Origin: Minisyncoccota bacterium
GTDB lineage: Bacteria > Patescibacteriota > Minisyncoccia > Phycocordibacterales > CAIJYI01
Assembly (NCBI GenBank): GCA_023229825.1
Contig: JALNYN010000007.1
Coordinates: forward strand, 2,596-66,595
Direction of reading: 5' to 3'
Length of the DNA: 64,000 nt
A program made the position numbers and the translations under genes. The notes below the pieces were generated by a model. That model did no database searches, had not been told where the DNA came from, and was given only the letters and a program-made list of their open reading frames with translations. Position 1 is the stretch's first letter. Each line of letters opens with the position of its first letter. Below, piece after piece: positions 40,901-49,972 of the stretch.

Positions 40901-42488
40901 TCCGGCCGCATGGCTTCCCGCTGCCCTTACTGCCGAAGAAACACGCGATTTGTCGCAAAACATGCCTTCGATCTACAACCTGCTTCCTTCCTCAAAATAT
41001 TTCGCCTACACGGATGATCCGGTGGTAACATTTGACGACTCGCCACTGCTTGCTTCGTGGAGAACAAAATATGGAGCGCAAATTCATTCAAGTTTTTATC
41101 TTTCCAAATTTTTAACGGACCCGGCGAGAGAACCGCTTTTAACGAAAGAAGCGCTCAACGACCCGCCGATCGTAAATCCATTGTTGCTTGAAAAAGCCAA
41201 AACGCTACATACTGTTCTCGATTCTTGGATTCCTCCGGTAAATGTGCGAATATCTGAGATCATCGGATGGGGAGAAATGACCGCAAAGACGATCGAGTAC
41301 AAACAGGGAACGAAGGGTGTGTGTATTGAATGGAACGAAAACAACACTTGCAAAAAAGGGGAGCAAAGACCCGCTCTTGAATATGATGTTGCGGAAACAA
41401 TGGACGGCGACGGGACGGTGGTTGCTCCGAGCGCGCTCTATACGACGGGGTCGGAGAGGTGGTGGGTGGATTTGAAAAAGTATGATACACCTCTTACTCT
41501 TCAAAGAAAACATGCCGATATACTCGAAGTTCCCACCCTGCGAACTCACATTCAAAACGTCATTACTCGCACAGAAGGTTCTGTGTCACTTGATTTTATA
41601 AGCAGAAACAAACCGATAAACACAGAAGATCCAAAAACCCGCCTTCGCTTCACACTTCATTCGCCGCTGTCGATTTTAGTTTGTGATAACCTCGGAAATT
41701 GCACCGATCGAACGGAACAAAACATCCTCGAAAGCGATTACCGCGAATATGGTTCGCTGAAAATTATCGATGTTCCGAATACGTCGGATCTTCACCTTGA
41801 GCTGAAAGGAATTGCGCCTGGATCGTTTACTCTCAACATGCAAGAATTTATGGGCGATGCGGAAATCGCGAGTACGACCTTCGCCGGCATACCATCGCTC
41901 GCCGAAACAATCGCAACGCTCAATATTCCTGCAAACGGTGGAATTGCAGGTTCATCTCCGCTTTTGGTTGACGAAAACGGCGACGGAACGATTGACCTTA
42001 CACTTGCGCCAAAACTCGGTGAAGTGATTTTGCCTGATTTTACGTATCCAGAAGCGAAAATCTCCGTTGATCCAATAACAAAAGATCTGAAAATCGAAGG
42101 AATCGATGAAAATCCGACAACGGTTTCAAAAAACGGAAGCAATTATACGATTACCGATTCGTCGGGAAACACGACAACTCTCTTCTTTCAAAAAACCTTC
42201 ACCGCAAAGCGTCTCACTTTTGCAAAATTGACAGGTGTTCAATACGGAACAGATCCGAAAATATCACTCCCATCGTCTTCATTTCTGTATCTTTGGAATC
42301 CTGCTCTTATCAGTCAAACCATCTCGGTGAAAAAAGATTTCGTTATTGAAGCGATGTACAACAAGAAAAAAGACGAAACGACCGTTTGGATAAAAAAGGA
42401 AGGAGAGAAAACACAAAAACAGATATTCACGGGATTGAAGGTTGTAGAATTGACTGTGGACAAAGGGGTGGTGGGATATGAGATGTAG
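37983..42488 (+). CDS. giant secreted protein: three tandem right-handed parallel beta-helix modules plus an alpha/beta-hydrolase (lipase/esterase-like, GHSMGG) domain
   Basis: 1501 aa. Signal peptide MKIKISLLTLAFFFAPSLVFA. Three ~215-aa modules with NxxGxLxIxNSxISxSWxGIHH beta-helix repeats. VTIISHSMGGLVAKNL nucleophile elbow at about aa 920. Confidence 0.8.
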   Translation: MKIKISLLTLAFFFAPSLVFASTPVWGTINSDTVWTAESGPYLVDFSIVPEGITLTVEEGTVVKFTGQRSMLEVSGNLVVSGTELSPVVFTSINDDSVGGDTGTGANEWGNILIKNGGVATIDHAEIRHGGWTGWLSSAAPSNIWNNGGNLTLTNSKISNAWTGITHSAGNTALTENIFTENNTGISVSGTGRVHFDHNNFFNNTGNVAWFDLTNGVSLTHSDNTAWGGTPGLVLAGEAGADYVFEKDGAPYVIDHFTVPAGKTVTARPGTAFKLLNPVSEIFISGTWNTEGTSDDPVYFTSIKDDTVLGDTNGDADSSQPANDDWEGIFVLEGGEANFDHAILRYGGYSGWLQSTMFSNISNNGGILNISNSEISRSWYGIHHEKGTTNIDSSTISQSSIGIYAGGTGSITINNNTFFNNDRPALLDLSSVILTNANNTAHGTGKKGLELGGAISVDQTLTKDLPYLIDHLTIPAGRTLTVRSGSVFKFLNNVSEMFVSGKMNVEGSGNEPVYFTSVKDDTVLGDTNGDADASQPTNDDWEGILVLSGGEANFDHSVLRYGGYSGWLQSYMASNISNDGGILNISHSDFSNSWFGIHHEKGTTTISQSSIHDNPGYGVYNGSAQTLNAENNYWGSVNGPTHPSNPLGTGDKVTDRVDFMPYLGFDPTVPVSVALTNGGETENDDLQDGKGVADKTQFTFSVVASENLVDIKLVTDSSDVGINPGQFFLYASGTEGVYSRALTFPKGHYRYHFEAVDGNGGVYRYPETEELKFTTGYSNVAFLPGIEASRLYGGTGEQLWEPEYFGNPSVLALDENGSSTRSDIYTKDVIDNAYLAFKGNIYSSFISSMNDLKSNGTIADWEPLPYDWRLSFDDILNNGAELSDGRIYYTGSLAATGTPYIIQEIRRLAATSDTGKVTIISHSMGGLVAKNLTVKLGTEESSKLIDQMIFIDSPQTGTPQTIGVLLHGFDQGLPAAWLPAALTAEETRDLSQNMPSIYNLLPSSKYFAYTDDPVVTFDDSPLLASWRTKYGAQIHSSFYLSKFLTDPAREPLLTKEALNDPPIVNPLLLEKAKTLHTVLDSWIPPVNVRISEIIGWGEMTAKTIEYKQGTKGVCIEWNENNTCKKGEQRPALEYDVAETMDGDGTVVAPSALYTTGSERWWVDLKKYDTPLTLQRKHADILEVPTLRTHIQNVITRTEGSVSLDFISRNKPINTEDPKTRLRFTLHSPLSILVCDNLGNCTDRTEQNILESDYREYGSLKIIDVPNTSDLHLELKGIAPGSFTLNMQEFMGDAEIASTTFAGIPSLAETIATLNIPANGGIAGSSPLLVDENGDGTIDLTLAPKLGEVILPDFTYPEAKISVDPITKDLKIEGIDENPTTVSKNGSNYTITDSSGNTTTLFFQKTFTAKRLTFAKLTGVQYGTDPKISLPSSSFLYLWNPALISQTISVKKDFVIEAMYNKKKDETTVWIKKEGEKTQKQIFTGLKVVELTVDKGVVGYEM
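38740..39810 (+). repeat. intragenic tandem duplication (645-bp period, about 85% nt identity) within the beta-helix protein gene
   Basis: ctatttcacttcc[a/g]t[t/c]aaagatgataccgttct[g/c]gg[a/c]gatacca... at 38876 and again at 39521. A third, more diverged copy lies at about 38110-38530. Confidence 0.75.
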
Positions 42489-42529
42489 GGTGGTATAATG
42501 GAAGGGTAAAAGAAGCATCAAAAAAATAT

Positions 42530-42940
42530 ATGACAAAAAAACAAAATTTATTTTATTCATTAATTCCAGTTACTCTCTTTATGTTTCTGGCGTGGCTACA
42601 ATCAGAGAGCTCTTGCTATGATATTATTTGGTGTAACAGATTATGGGGATTGATTAACGTGATTGGCATCTTCCTTTATATTTTTTTGGCGCATTTCCTC
42701 CTCTCCCTCATCACCTATAAACTTCGCGAAGAAACTTTCCGCACTTGGTTTCGTTTCGCTTGCGGTTTCGTTCCGCTTTCCATTTTTCTCATTTTTCTTG
42801 CTCGCAACAGCCACGGCGGTTCCATGGGGATTCCGAACATTTTGGATCAGGAAACCGTTGCGTTTCTTCTCTCTCTTTTGTTTCTCGTAATTTCCCTTAT
42901 TCTCATCCTCTACAAATCTTGGAACCTCCGAGGGAAGTAA
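42530..42940 (+). CDS. small membrane protein, hypothetical
   Basis: 136 aa with 4 predicted TM segments. Confidence 0.45.
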   Translation: MTKKQNLFYSLIPVTLFMFLAWLQSESSCYDIIWCNRLWGLINVIGIFLYIFLAHFLLSLITYKLREETFRTWFRFACGFVPLSIFLIFLARNSHGGSMGIPNILDQETVAFLLSLLFLVISLILILYKSWNLRGK

Positions 42941-43028
42941 TCTTGCTAAAAAAATCCACAAAAAGCGAGCCGATGGGTTCGTTTTTTTTGTTTGACGAAA
43001 ACGGAAATGTGAATCCTGATTACTACTT

Positions 43029-43493
43029 TTAACTATTTTTTTCTTCGTTCTTTTTCATTCTTGCCTTTATTAATTTCTTTATAAGGCCAACAGGAAGTTT
43101 TTTGTCGAGTGAAAAATGAACGGCGGATTTTGTGGTCGTGTAGCCGATCAGATCCTTCCCATGCTCCGCTACGACCGGAGGGGGAAGATATAATCCGATA
43201 TGATGTTTCGCGAGCGCAAACCACGCCAGCCGGCCGTGATACTTATAATACGGCATCTGATAGCTGAAACTTTCTTCTGCGCGAGGCGCGGCCTGTCGTA
43301 TAATTTTTCTCATCTCGGAGAGCTTCGGCTGCAATTCTTTCGGCGCATGTGAGATATACCGATCCACATCTTTCGATGAAGCCGAATTCTTTATTCGTCC
43401 GGGCCAGCAGATCGGACAAGGTCCGGGTCCCGTGTAAGAATGCCCGCGGCTGCAGATCTTTATTGCATTGTCTTTTTTCATAGCAATTACCAT
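43029..43493 (-). CDS. DUF1801 (YdhG-like) domain protein with N-terminal Cys cluster
   Basis: YISHAPKELQPKLSEMRKIIRQAAPRAEE...HIGLYL matches DUF1801. Alternative ATG at 43481. Confidence 0.5.
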   Translation of the reverse strand: MVIAMKKDNAIKICSRGHSYTGPGPCPICWPGRIKNSASSKDVDRYISHAPKELQPKLSEMRKIIRQAAPRAEESFSYQMPYYKYHGRLAWFALAKHHIGLYLPPPVVAEHGKDLIGYTTTKSAVHFSLDKKLPVGLIKKLIKARMKKNEEKNS

Positions 43494-43544
43494 TCTACCA
43501 CTTTGTAAATGAGCAATCTATCAAAATGATGAAGAGGTAAAAAG

Positions 43545-43760
43545 TGTCGTTACGTCCGGCGGTACAACGTGGATCCCGGGTCCATCCTTCGCCAAGGCTA
43601 CGGCAAGGCACGGCGTTGCCCGGGATGACGACAGACAATTTTAAAGTCTTTTATCGTCATTCCGGACTTGATCCGGAATCCACGTCTGTCAGCTCACGTG
43701 GATCCCGGGTCCATCCTTCGCCAAGGCTACGGCAAGGCACGGCGTTGCCCGGGATGACGA
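43545..43760. repeat. cluster of GTCATTCCGG-family units including two identical 62-bp long-variant copies
   Basis: acgtggatcccgggtccatccttcgccaaggctacggcaaggcacggcgttgcccgggatgac at 43567-43628 and 43696-43757, with gtcattccggacttgatccggaatccacg between them. The ORF-track ORF 43544-43807 is a translation of these repeats. Confidence 0.8.
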
Positions 43761-43775
43761 ATAGGTACGGAACAA

Positions 43776-43800
43776 AGAAAAAGCCCGACTTTGCAGCCGG
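43776..43800 (-). terminator. rho-independent terminator after pntB
   Basis: Minus-strand gcccggctgcaaagtcgggc followed by ttttt. Confidence 0.65.
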
Positions 43801-43817
43801 GCCATAATTGAGGATCC

Positions 43818-45209
43818 TTATCCTCTTAAAGTTTTCAATACTTCCTGCATGGTTGCATTGGCATCGCCAAAGAGCATTCTGGTATTTTCCAATACGAACA
43901 GGGGATTACCCACGCCCGCATAGCCTGTCGCCATGCTGCGTTTCAGAACGATCGTGGTTCCGCCTTTCCAACATTCGAGCACCGGCATTCCGGCGATCGG
44001 GCTGTTTGGGTCATTGAGAGCCGAAGGGTTCACGATGTCGTTCGCTCCGATGACGATCGAAACATCGACATCGCCCCAATCATCATTGATCTCGTCCATC
44101 TCGTACACGATGTCGTACGGCACTTTCGCTTCCGCGAGCAGCACGTTCATATGTCCGGGCATCCTTCCCGCAACCGGGTGAATGCCGAATCCGACTTTTT
44201 TGCCTTTATCGCGCAAAAGTTTCGTGATCTCGTAGACCGTATGCTGAGCTTGCGCCACCGCCATTCCGTAGCCGGGAATGATCATGATGCTTTTTGCTTC
44301 GAGCAGCAATTGCGCGGTGTCTCCGGCAGAAACGCTTTGCACTTCGCCTTCGATCTCCGCCGCTTTTCCTCCGGTCGAACCGAAGCCCCCGGCTATTACG
44401 CTGATAAAGTGGCGGTTCATCGCACGGCACATGATGTAACTCAATATCGCGCCGCTTGATCCGACCAATGCACCGGTAACGATCAGAAGATCATTGCCGA
44501 GCATAAAACCGGTCGCTGCCGCCGCCCATCCCGAATAGCTGTTAAGCATCGAGATAACCACCGGCATATCCGCGCCGCCTATCGCCATGACCATATGCAC
44601 GCCGAGTACGAGCGCGATCGCGGTCATAATAAGCAGAACAACAAATCCTCCGTCGCTCTCAGCTTGTTCCAAAAACAACCAACCGAGGAAAACGGTCAGA
44701 ACGACCATTCCCAAATTCAGCCAATGACGAGCGGGAAGCGTTAAAGGTTTTCCGCCGATCCGTTCGCTCAGTTTTCCGAACGCAATGACCGAACCGGAAA
44801 AAGTAACGGCACCGATAAAAATGCCCAAATAAATTTCCAGTTCGTGGATCGTTTTTTCCGCGCCCGAAAGGCTCGCGGAATTATCCATGAAAGTGGCATA
44901 GGCCACGAGCACGGCTGCGAGACCGACCAAGCTGTGCATGATCGCGACGAGTTCCGGCATTTGCGTCATTTCGACCTTCAATGCGGCTCTTGTTCCGATC
45001 AATCCGCCGACAGCAAGCGCGGCGATCAAAACGCCATACGAGCTGACGGAAGCGCTGAACGCGGTCGCCGTAACAGCGATCGCCATGCCGATCATTCCGT
45101 AATAATTTCCTTTGCGCGCCGTTTCCTGACTGCTTAAACCGCTCAGGCTTAAGATGAAAAGAATGAAGGCGACAATGTATGATATGACAACTAAATTTTG
45201 CGACATCAT
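43818..45209 (-). CDS. pntB: NAD(P) transhydrogenase subunit beta
   Basis: 463 aa. N-terminal TM bundle plus C-terminal dIII NADP(H)-binding domain. AGGAG RBS. Confidence 0.9.
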   Translation of the reverse strand: MMSQNLVVISYIVAFILFILSLSGLSSQETARKGNYYGMIGMAIAVTATAFSASVSSYGVLIAALAVGGLIGTRAALKVEMTQMPELVAIMHSLVGLAAVLVAYATFMDNSASLSGAEKTIHELEIYLGIFIGAVTFSGSVIAFGKLSERIGGKPLTLPARHWLNLGMVVLTVFLGWLFLEQAESDGGFVVLLIMTAIALVLGVHMVMAIGGADMPVVISMLNSYSGWAAAATGFMLGNDLLIVTGALVGSSGAILSYIMCRAMNRHFISVIAGGFGSTGGKAAEIEGEVQSVSAGDTAQLLLEAKSIMIIPGYGMAVAQAQHTVYEITKLLRDKGKKVGFGIHPVAGRMPGHMNVLLAEAKVPYDIVYEMDEINDDWGDVDVSIVIGANDIVNPSALNDPNSPIAGMPVLECWKGGTTIVLKRSMATGYAGVGNPLFVLENTRMLFGDANATMQEVLKTLRG

Positions 45210-45218
45210 CTTCTCCTC

Positions 45219-46778
45219 TTATTTCTTGAACATTTGGAGCATGCGGCGAGTGACCAAAAAGCCACCGAAAATATTGATCGCCGCTAAGAATATCCCCGCA
45301 CCCGCAAGAACGGCGACGGGAAGACTTAGACTCGATACCTGTATGATCGCACCGATGACAATAATACTGCTGATGGCGTTCGTCACGCTCATGAGCGGCG
45401 TATGCAGCGAATGCGAAACATTCCAGATAACCTGATAGCCCACAAAGCACGCAAGCACGAACACCGTAAAGTGCGTCATGAATGATGCCGGAGCATACAG
45501 CCCCAGTCCGTACATCGCAAGACCTGCGACCGCGTACGGCAGTAATGTTTTCAATACTTTTCGGAAGACAGAAGGTTTCTTCTCAGGTTTTTCCTCGGAA
45601 GGTTTCTTCTCGTCCGGTTTTGGAGTGACGCTGATCGTCGGAGGGGGAGGCGGCCAGGTGATCTTTCCTTCTTTTATAACCGTGGTTCCTCGTATGACCT
45701 CATCTTCCATATTGACGTTGATCTCTCCTTTTTTCTCGGGAGTGAGCTCGGTCAATAAATGCCGCAAGTTGGTCGCATACAATTGGCTTGATTGATTCGC
45801 GAGACGGCTCGGCAAGTTGCTGTAACCGATGATCGTTACGCCGTGTTTTACGACGACGGCATCTTTCTCGGTCAATTCGCAATTTCCGCCCTGTTCCGCG
45901 GCTAAGTCCACGACTATGCTGCCTTGGCGCATGGTGCGCACCATTTCTTCGGTGATGAGCTTCGGTGCCGGTTTTCCCGGAATAAGCGCAGTAGTGATGA
46001 TGATATCAACCTCTTTCGCTTGCTTGGCGAAAAGCGCCATCTCAGCTTCAATGAATTCTTTGGACATGGTTTTTGCATAACCGCCCGTGCCCGAACCTTC
46101 TTCTTTGAAGTCGAGCATCAAGAATTCCGCGTCCATGCTTTCTATCTGTTCTTTCACTTCCGGTCTCGTGTCGAATGATCTGACGATCGCGCCCATGCTT
46201 TTTGCCGCGCCGATCGCAGCCAACCCGGCCACGCCCGCGCCGATCACCAAAACTTTTGCCGGCGGAATTTTTCCCGCGGCGGTAATTTGCCCGGTAAAAA
46301 ATCGTCCGAAATGCTGCGCCGCTTCGACGACCGCACGATAACCGGCAATGTTCGCCATCGAGCTCAGAGCATCAAGCTTCTGCGCTCTCGAAATACGCGG
46401 AACGCTGTCCATCGCAAGTACCGTAACATGTTTCGCCGAAAGTTTCGCCATCAGGTCCGGATTTTGCGCCGGCCATATAAAGCTGATCAAACAGCGGCCG
46501 TCTACTAAAAGTTCCGTTTCGTCGAGCCCGAGTTCCGGATGATGTTCCGGCGCTCTGACTTTCATGACGATATCCGATCCGCTCCACAGAGCTTTCGCAT
46601 CGGCCACGATCGCAACGCCCGCTTTTTCATAATCCGCATCGGAAATATCCGCGCCCGTTCCGGCACCGCTCTCAAGCAATACCGAAAAGCCAAGCTTGAT
46701 CAGCTGCCCAGCCGATTCCGGCGTAAGTGCCACGCGTTTTTCATCAATATGAACCTCTCTAGGTACGCCAATTTTCAT
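45219..46778 (-). CDS. pntA: NAD(P) transhydrogenase subunit alpha (dI plus membrane dII part)
   Basis: ATG at 46778 with GGAGG gives MKIGVPREVHIDEKRVALTPE. Ala-dehydrogenase-like dI, Pro/Lys-rich linker, 4 C-terminal TM segments. Confidence 0.9.
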   Translation of the reverse strand: MKIGVPREVHIDEKRVALTPESAGQLIKLGFSVLLESGAGTGADISDADYEKAGVAIVADAKALWSGSDIVMKVRAPEHHPELGLDETELLVDGRCLISFIWPAQNPDLMAKLSAKHVTVLAMDSVPRISRAQKLDALSSMANIAGYRAVVEAAQHFGRFFTGQITAAGKIPPAKVLVIGAGVAGLAAIGAAKSMGAIVRSFDTRPEVKEQIESMDAEFLMLDFKEEGSGTGGYAKTMSKEFIEAEMALFAKQAKEVDIIITTALIPGKPAPKLITEEMVRTMRQGSIVVDLAAEQGGNCELTEKDAVVVKHGVTIIGYSNLPSRLANQSSQLYATNLRHLLTELTPEKKGEINVNMEDEVIRGTTVIKEGKITWPPPPPTISVTPKPDEKKPSEEKPEKKPSVFRKVLKTLLPYAVAGLAMYGLGLYAPASFMTHFTVFVLACFVGYQVIWNVSHSLHTPLMSVTNAISSIIVIGAIIQVSSLSLPVAVLAGAGIFLAAINIFGGFLVTRRMLQMFKK

Positions 46779-46804
46779 GTACAACCTCCAATAAAATTTT
46801 GAAT

Positions 46805-46945
46805 TCGTCGTCATTCGTCGTCACATTTTGTCGTCATTCGTCGTCATTTTGTCGTCATTCTGAACTAGATTCAGAATCCACGTCCGTAGTCGTTCGCCGT
46901 CGTTCGTCGTCATTCCGGACTCGATCCGGAATCCACGTTCGTCGT
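46805..46945. repeat. degenerate cluster of TCGTCGTCATTC tandem motifs plus two GTCATTC...GAATCCACG units
   Basis: tcgtcgtcattcgtcgtcacattttgtcgtcattcgtcgtcattttgtcgtcattctgaactagattcagaatccacg ... gtcattccggactcgatccggaatccacg. Confidence 0.7.
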
Positions 46946-47294
46946 CTAAAACGTCCTAACACATGGTTTTCCTCGTTCGTAATTTTGATAAATGGAAATA
47001 CGTGTTTCCTTTTTGACAAAGTGCAATCAAGAAACATCCGCTACCAAACTACCGCATTATGTATGTTTCGTCAACATTGAAATTTGGTGAAATAAGTGGT
47101 GTTGTTCTTTATTCACCAAGTTAATTATTTCATTGTAAAAGCGGTCTTTTCGGAGTATTATTTTAATAATTCAAGGTTTTTCTTTGCGAGGAATTATAAT
47201 ACGAATTTACAGATGAAAATAAAAAATCGGAAAAATTCGCAAAAACATAGATGTTGCCGGAAATGAAGATTTAACTTTTTAGTCAAAATTTATT

Positions 47295-48146
47295 ATGAAA
47301 AGATCAAATTCAATAATACTATTTAATCAAAAACAAATTCGCCGTGTGTGGGATGAAGAAAAAGAACTTTGGTATTTTTCGGTAATTGATACGATCGGTG
47401 TGTTAAGCGAAAGTCAAGACCCGAGAAATTATTGGAAAGTGTTAAAAATTCGCTTAAAACAAGAAGGAAACGAGTCGGTTACAAAATGTAACCAACTGAA
47501 AATGCAGTCATCAGACGGTAAATATTATCTTACCGATGTTGCCGACACGGAAACGATGTTTCGCCTTATCCAATCAATTCCTTCTCCGAAAGCGGAACCA
47601 TTCAAGCTCTGGCTTGCGAAAGTTGGATATGAAAGGATGGAAGAAATGGAAGATCCGGAACTTTCTTTTGATCGTGCAGTGAAAACATACTTACAGAAAG
47701 GATACTCCGAAAAATGGGTGAATCAAAGGATCAAAAGCATTGAGGTGCGGAAAGATCTGGTTACCGAATGGGGAGAACGCGGAATAAACGAAAATTCAGA
47801 ATATGCCTTATTAACCGACGAGATTACGCGAGCATGGGCGGATAAAAGCGTGAAAGATTATAAAAAATTTAAGGGATTGAAAAAAGAAAATCTCCGCGAC
47901 AATATGACGAATCTTGAATTGGCTTTGAATACGCTTGCGGAAGTTTCCACAACGGAAATCTCCAAAAAGAAAAAACCGCAAGGGTTGGCAAGCAACAAAC
48001 AAGTCGCGCGTGCAGGAGGGCTTGCTGCGAAAAAAGCGAGGATCGAGATCGAAAAACAGATAGGCGAAAGCGTGATTACACCAAGAAATGCAAAAATTTT
48101 AATGAGTAAACAAAATCCGGCTTTATCGGCTAAAAATAAGAAATAG
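47295..48146 (+). CDS. Bro-N / DinD-like (antirepressor-family N-terminal domain) protein
   Basis: N-terminal ILFNQKQIRRVWDEEKELWYFSVIDTIGVLSES resembles the Bro-N/DNA-damage-inducible D fold. Lys-rich C-terminus. Sits in an AT-rich stretch. Confidence 0.5.
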   Translation: MKRSNSIILFNQKQIRRVWDEEKELWYFSVIDTIGVLSESQDPRNYWKVLKIRLKQEGNESVTKCNQLKMQSSDGKYYLTDVADTETMFRLIQSIPSPKAEPFKLWLAKVGYERMEEMEDPELSFDRAVKTYLQKGYSEKWVNQRIKSIEVRKDLVTEWGERGINENSEYALLTDEITRAWADKSVKDYKKFKGLKKENLRDNMTNLELALNTLAEVSTTEISKKKKPQGLASNKQVARAGGLAAKKARIEIEKQIGESVITPRNAKILMSKQNPALSAKNKK

Positions 48147-48185
48147 GCATGTCAATCCAAATTTTAACAGACAAAGGTAAAATTT

Positions 48186-48377
48186 ATGGAGGTCGATAAA
48201 AAATTACGAAATAAATATTTTTACGAAAGACCGAAACTTGTAAATAGAGCTCGGTGTAAAAATTATAACCCAGAAAAAGGATGCTTGTATTGCGGAAGCA
48301 AAACTTTTCGTTTTTATTCCAGTGTTTATGGTAAAAAATATTATCAGTGCGAAAAGTGCCACGGAATAAATCATTGA
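48186..48377 (+). CDS. small zinc-ribbon protein (possible IS1595-type transposase N-terminal Zn-ribbon remnant)
   Basis: 63 aa with CLYCGS...YQCEKCH (CxxC-N17-CxxC). Immediately followed by a REP-like repeat copy. Confidence 0.4.
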   Translation: MEVDKKLRNKYFYERPKLVNRARCKNYNPEKGCLYCGSKTFRFYSSVYGKKYYQCEKCHGINH

Positions 48378-48393
48378 GATCAAAGAGCGATCC

Positions 48394-48445
48394 GTAATAA
48401 AGGGGACAGCCACCATTGTTTGTTAAAATATGTGTTGTAATTTAT
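48394..48445. repeat. REP-like repeat, direct copy of the left flank of the RAYT gene
   Basis: aataaaggggacagccaccattgtttgttaaaatatgtgttgtaat versus 51937-51992. Confidence 0.75.
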
Positions 48446-48543
48446 TTATAAAAAAGAAAAACGCCAACTTAACTTGTGGGGTATTTTATTTTTGCATATA
48501 TTTCTATCCCCTCTCTTGGCATCCGTGATATAATGGAAGACAT

Positions 48544-49098
48544 ATGAACATCTTCGACATATTTCTCACGGGGTTCAGCCTTTCGCTTGATGCGGTGGCT
48601 ATCGCTGTGGCGGCGGGGGCGTTGCATAAGATCGATCTTCGGCATGCGGTGAAGATCGCGGTGTTTTTTGGCGGGTTTCAAATGTTCATGCCGCTTATCG
48701 GATGGATGGCCGGTTTGGGGTGGAGCGGATATTTGGAATCTTATGGAAATATGATCGGGTTCGTTCTTCTCTTTGCTGTCGGGCTGAAAATGCTTTTGGA
48801 GACGTTCAAGAAAGAAACAAAAGAAGAGGTCAAACAAGAAAAACATCTGGCGGAAACCAAAACGCTCACCATCATGGCGGTCGCGACGAGTATCGATGCT
48901 CTCGTCGTCGGGATAACTTTCAACTTCGTTCCCGTCAATATCCCGCTTGCGGTCGGTATCATCGGAGCCGTCACGTTCGTCCTATCCCTCGCCGCCGTTT
49001 ACATCGGAGAAAAATTCAAACGCATCATCGGCAAAGAGATCGAATGGCTGGGCGGCCTGGTCTTGATCGGCCTTTCCATAAAAATTCTGTTAAGCTGA
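48544..49098 (+). CDS. mntP: manganese efflux pump MntP
   Basis: 184 aa, 6 TM, with duplicated SLDA(V/L)(A/V)(I/V)G DUF204 motifs. Confidence 0.8.
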   Translation: MNIFDIFLTGFSLSLDAVAIAVAAGALHKIDLRHAVKIAVFFGGFQMFMPLIGWMAGLGWSGYLESYGNMIGFVLLFAVGLKMLLETFKKETKEEVKQEKHLAETKTLTIMAVATSIDALVVGITFNFVPVNIPLAVGIIGAVTFVLSLAAVYIGEKFKRIIGKEIEWLGGLVLIGLSIKILLS

Positions 49099-49281
49099 TA
49101 AAATTAAAATAATTAAAATATCCAGAACCTCCAAAATTTGCGATTAAAACCGCTAGTTGGCGGTTTTGCTTTTAATTACAGTATTCCTCTTCTATTGTTT
49201 GTTTATTGCAGTACCTAAATTACATCTATTTCTGGGGAGCATTGTTTAGACAATATTCTCTTTTTTAGATATACTTTCATT

Positions 49282-49893
49282 ATGGAAAAACAACAAATAC
49301 TTGTCATTCACGGAGGAAATGCTTTTACTACCAACGAACAATATATCAATTCTCTCCAAAATTCACGCTTGGATCTAGACAAATTGCGAATGAAAAAAGA
49401 TTGGAAAGATTCGCTTCAAGAAAAACTCGGGGGAGCTTTTGATGTCCTTCAACCGAGGATGCCGAACGCTTCCAACGCACAATATGAGGAGTGGAAATTA
49501 TGGTTTGAAAAAGCGGCAGTATTGCTGGATGACGACATTATTCTTGTAGGGCATTCGCTCGGCGGAATTTTCCTTGCCAAATATCTTTCAGAAAATGATT
49601 TTCCAAAAAAGATCAAAGCAACATTCTTGATTTCGGCCCCCTTTAGCAATGGGGAAGATGAACCTCTCGGCTCATTTGTTTTGTCGAAACCATTAAAAAA
49701 AATGGAGAAACAAGGAGGAAAAATTTTCTTGTATCACAGTAAAGATGACAAGGTTGTACCTTTTACCGAAGTAAAAAAATACATAGATCAATTGGCTGGA
49801 GCGACCACTCATTTCTTTGAAGATCGCGGTCATTTTAATCTGGAAAGTTTTCCGGAATTGATACAGGAAATACAAAATATCTCCAGCTATTGA
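49282..49893 (+). CDS. alpha/beta hydrolase, RBBP9/YdeN-type serine hydrolase
   Basis: ILVIHGG...LVGHSLGG nucleophile elbow, about 200 aa. Confidence 0.65.
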   Translation: MEKQQILVIHGGNAFTTNEQYINSLQNSRLDLDKLRMKKDWKDSLQEKLGGAFDVLQPRMPNASNAQYEEWKLWFEKAAVLLDDDIILVGHSLGGIFLAKYLSENDFPKKIKATFLISAPFSNGEDEPLGSFVLSKPLKKMEKQGGKIFLYHSKDDKVVPFTEVKKYIDQLAGATTHFFEDRGHFNLESFPELIQEIQNISSY

Positions 49894-49972
49894 AATTTTT
49901 GACATATTAGGATAATGTGTCTTTTATAGGTTCTTTTTAAGACCAAAATTTATATAGAAAGGAGAATAATCA

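Noticed and set aside
43544-43807. ORF-track ORFs 43544-43807 and 46799-47080 (peptides like RHSGLDPESTS and SSFVVTF)
   Set aside because: They are translations of the palindromic repeat units themselves, with low complexity, no RBS and overlap of terminators. They are not genes.
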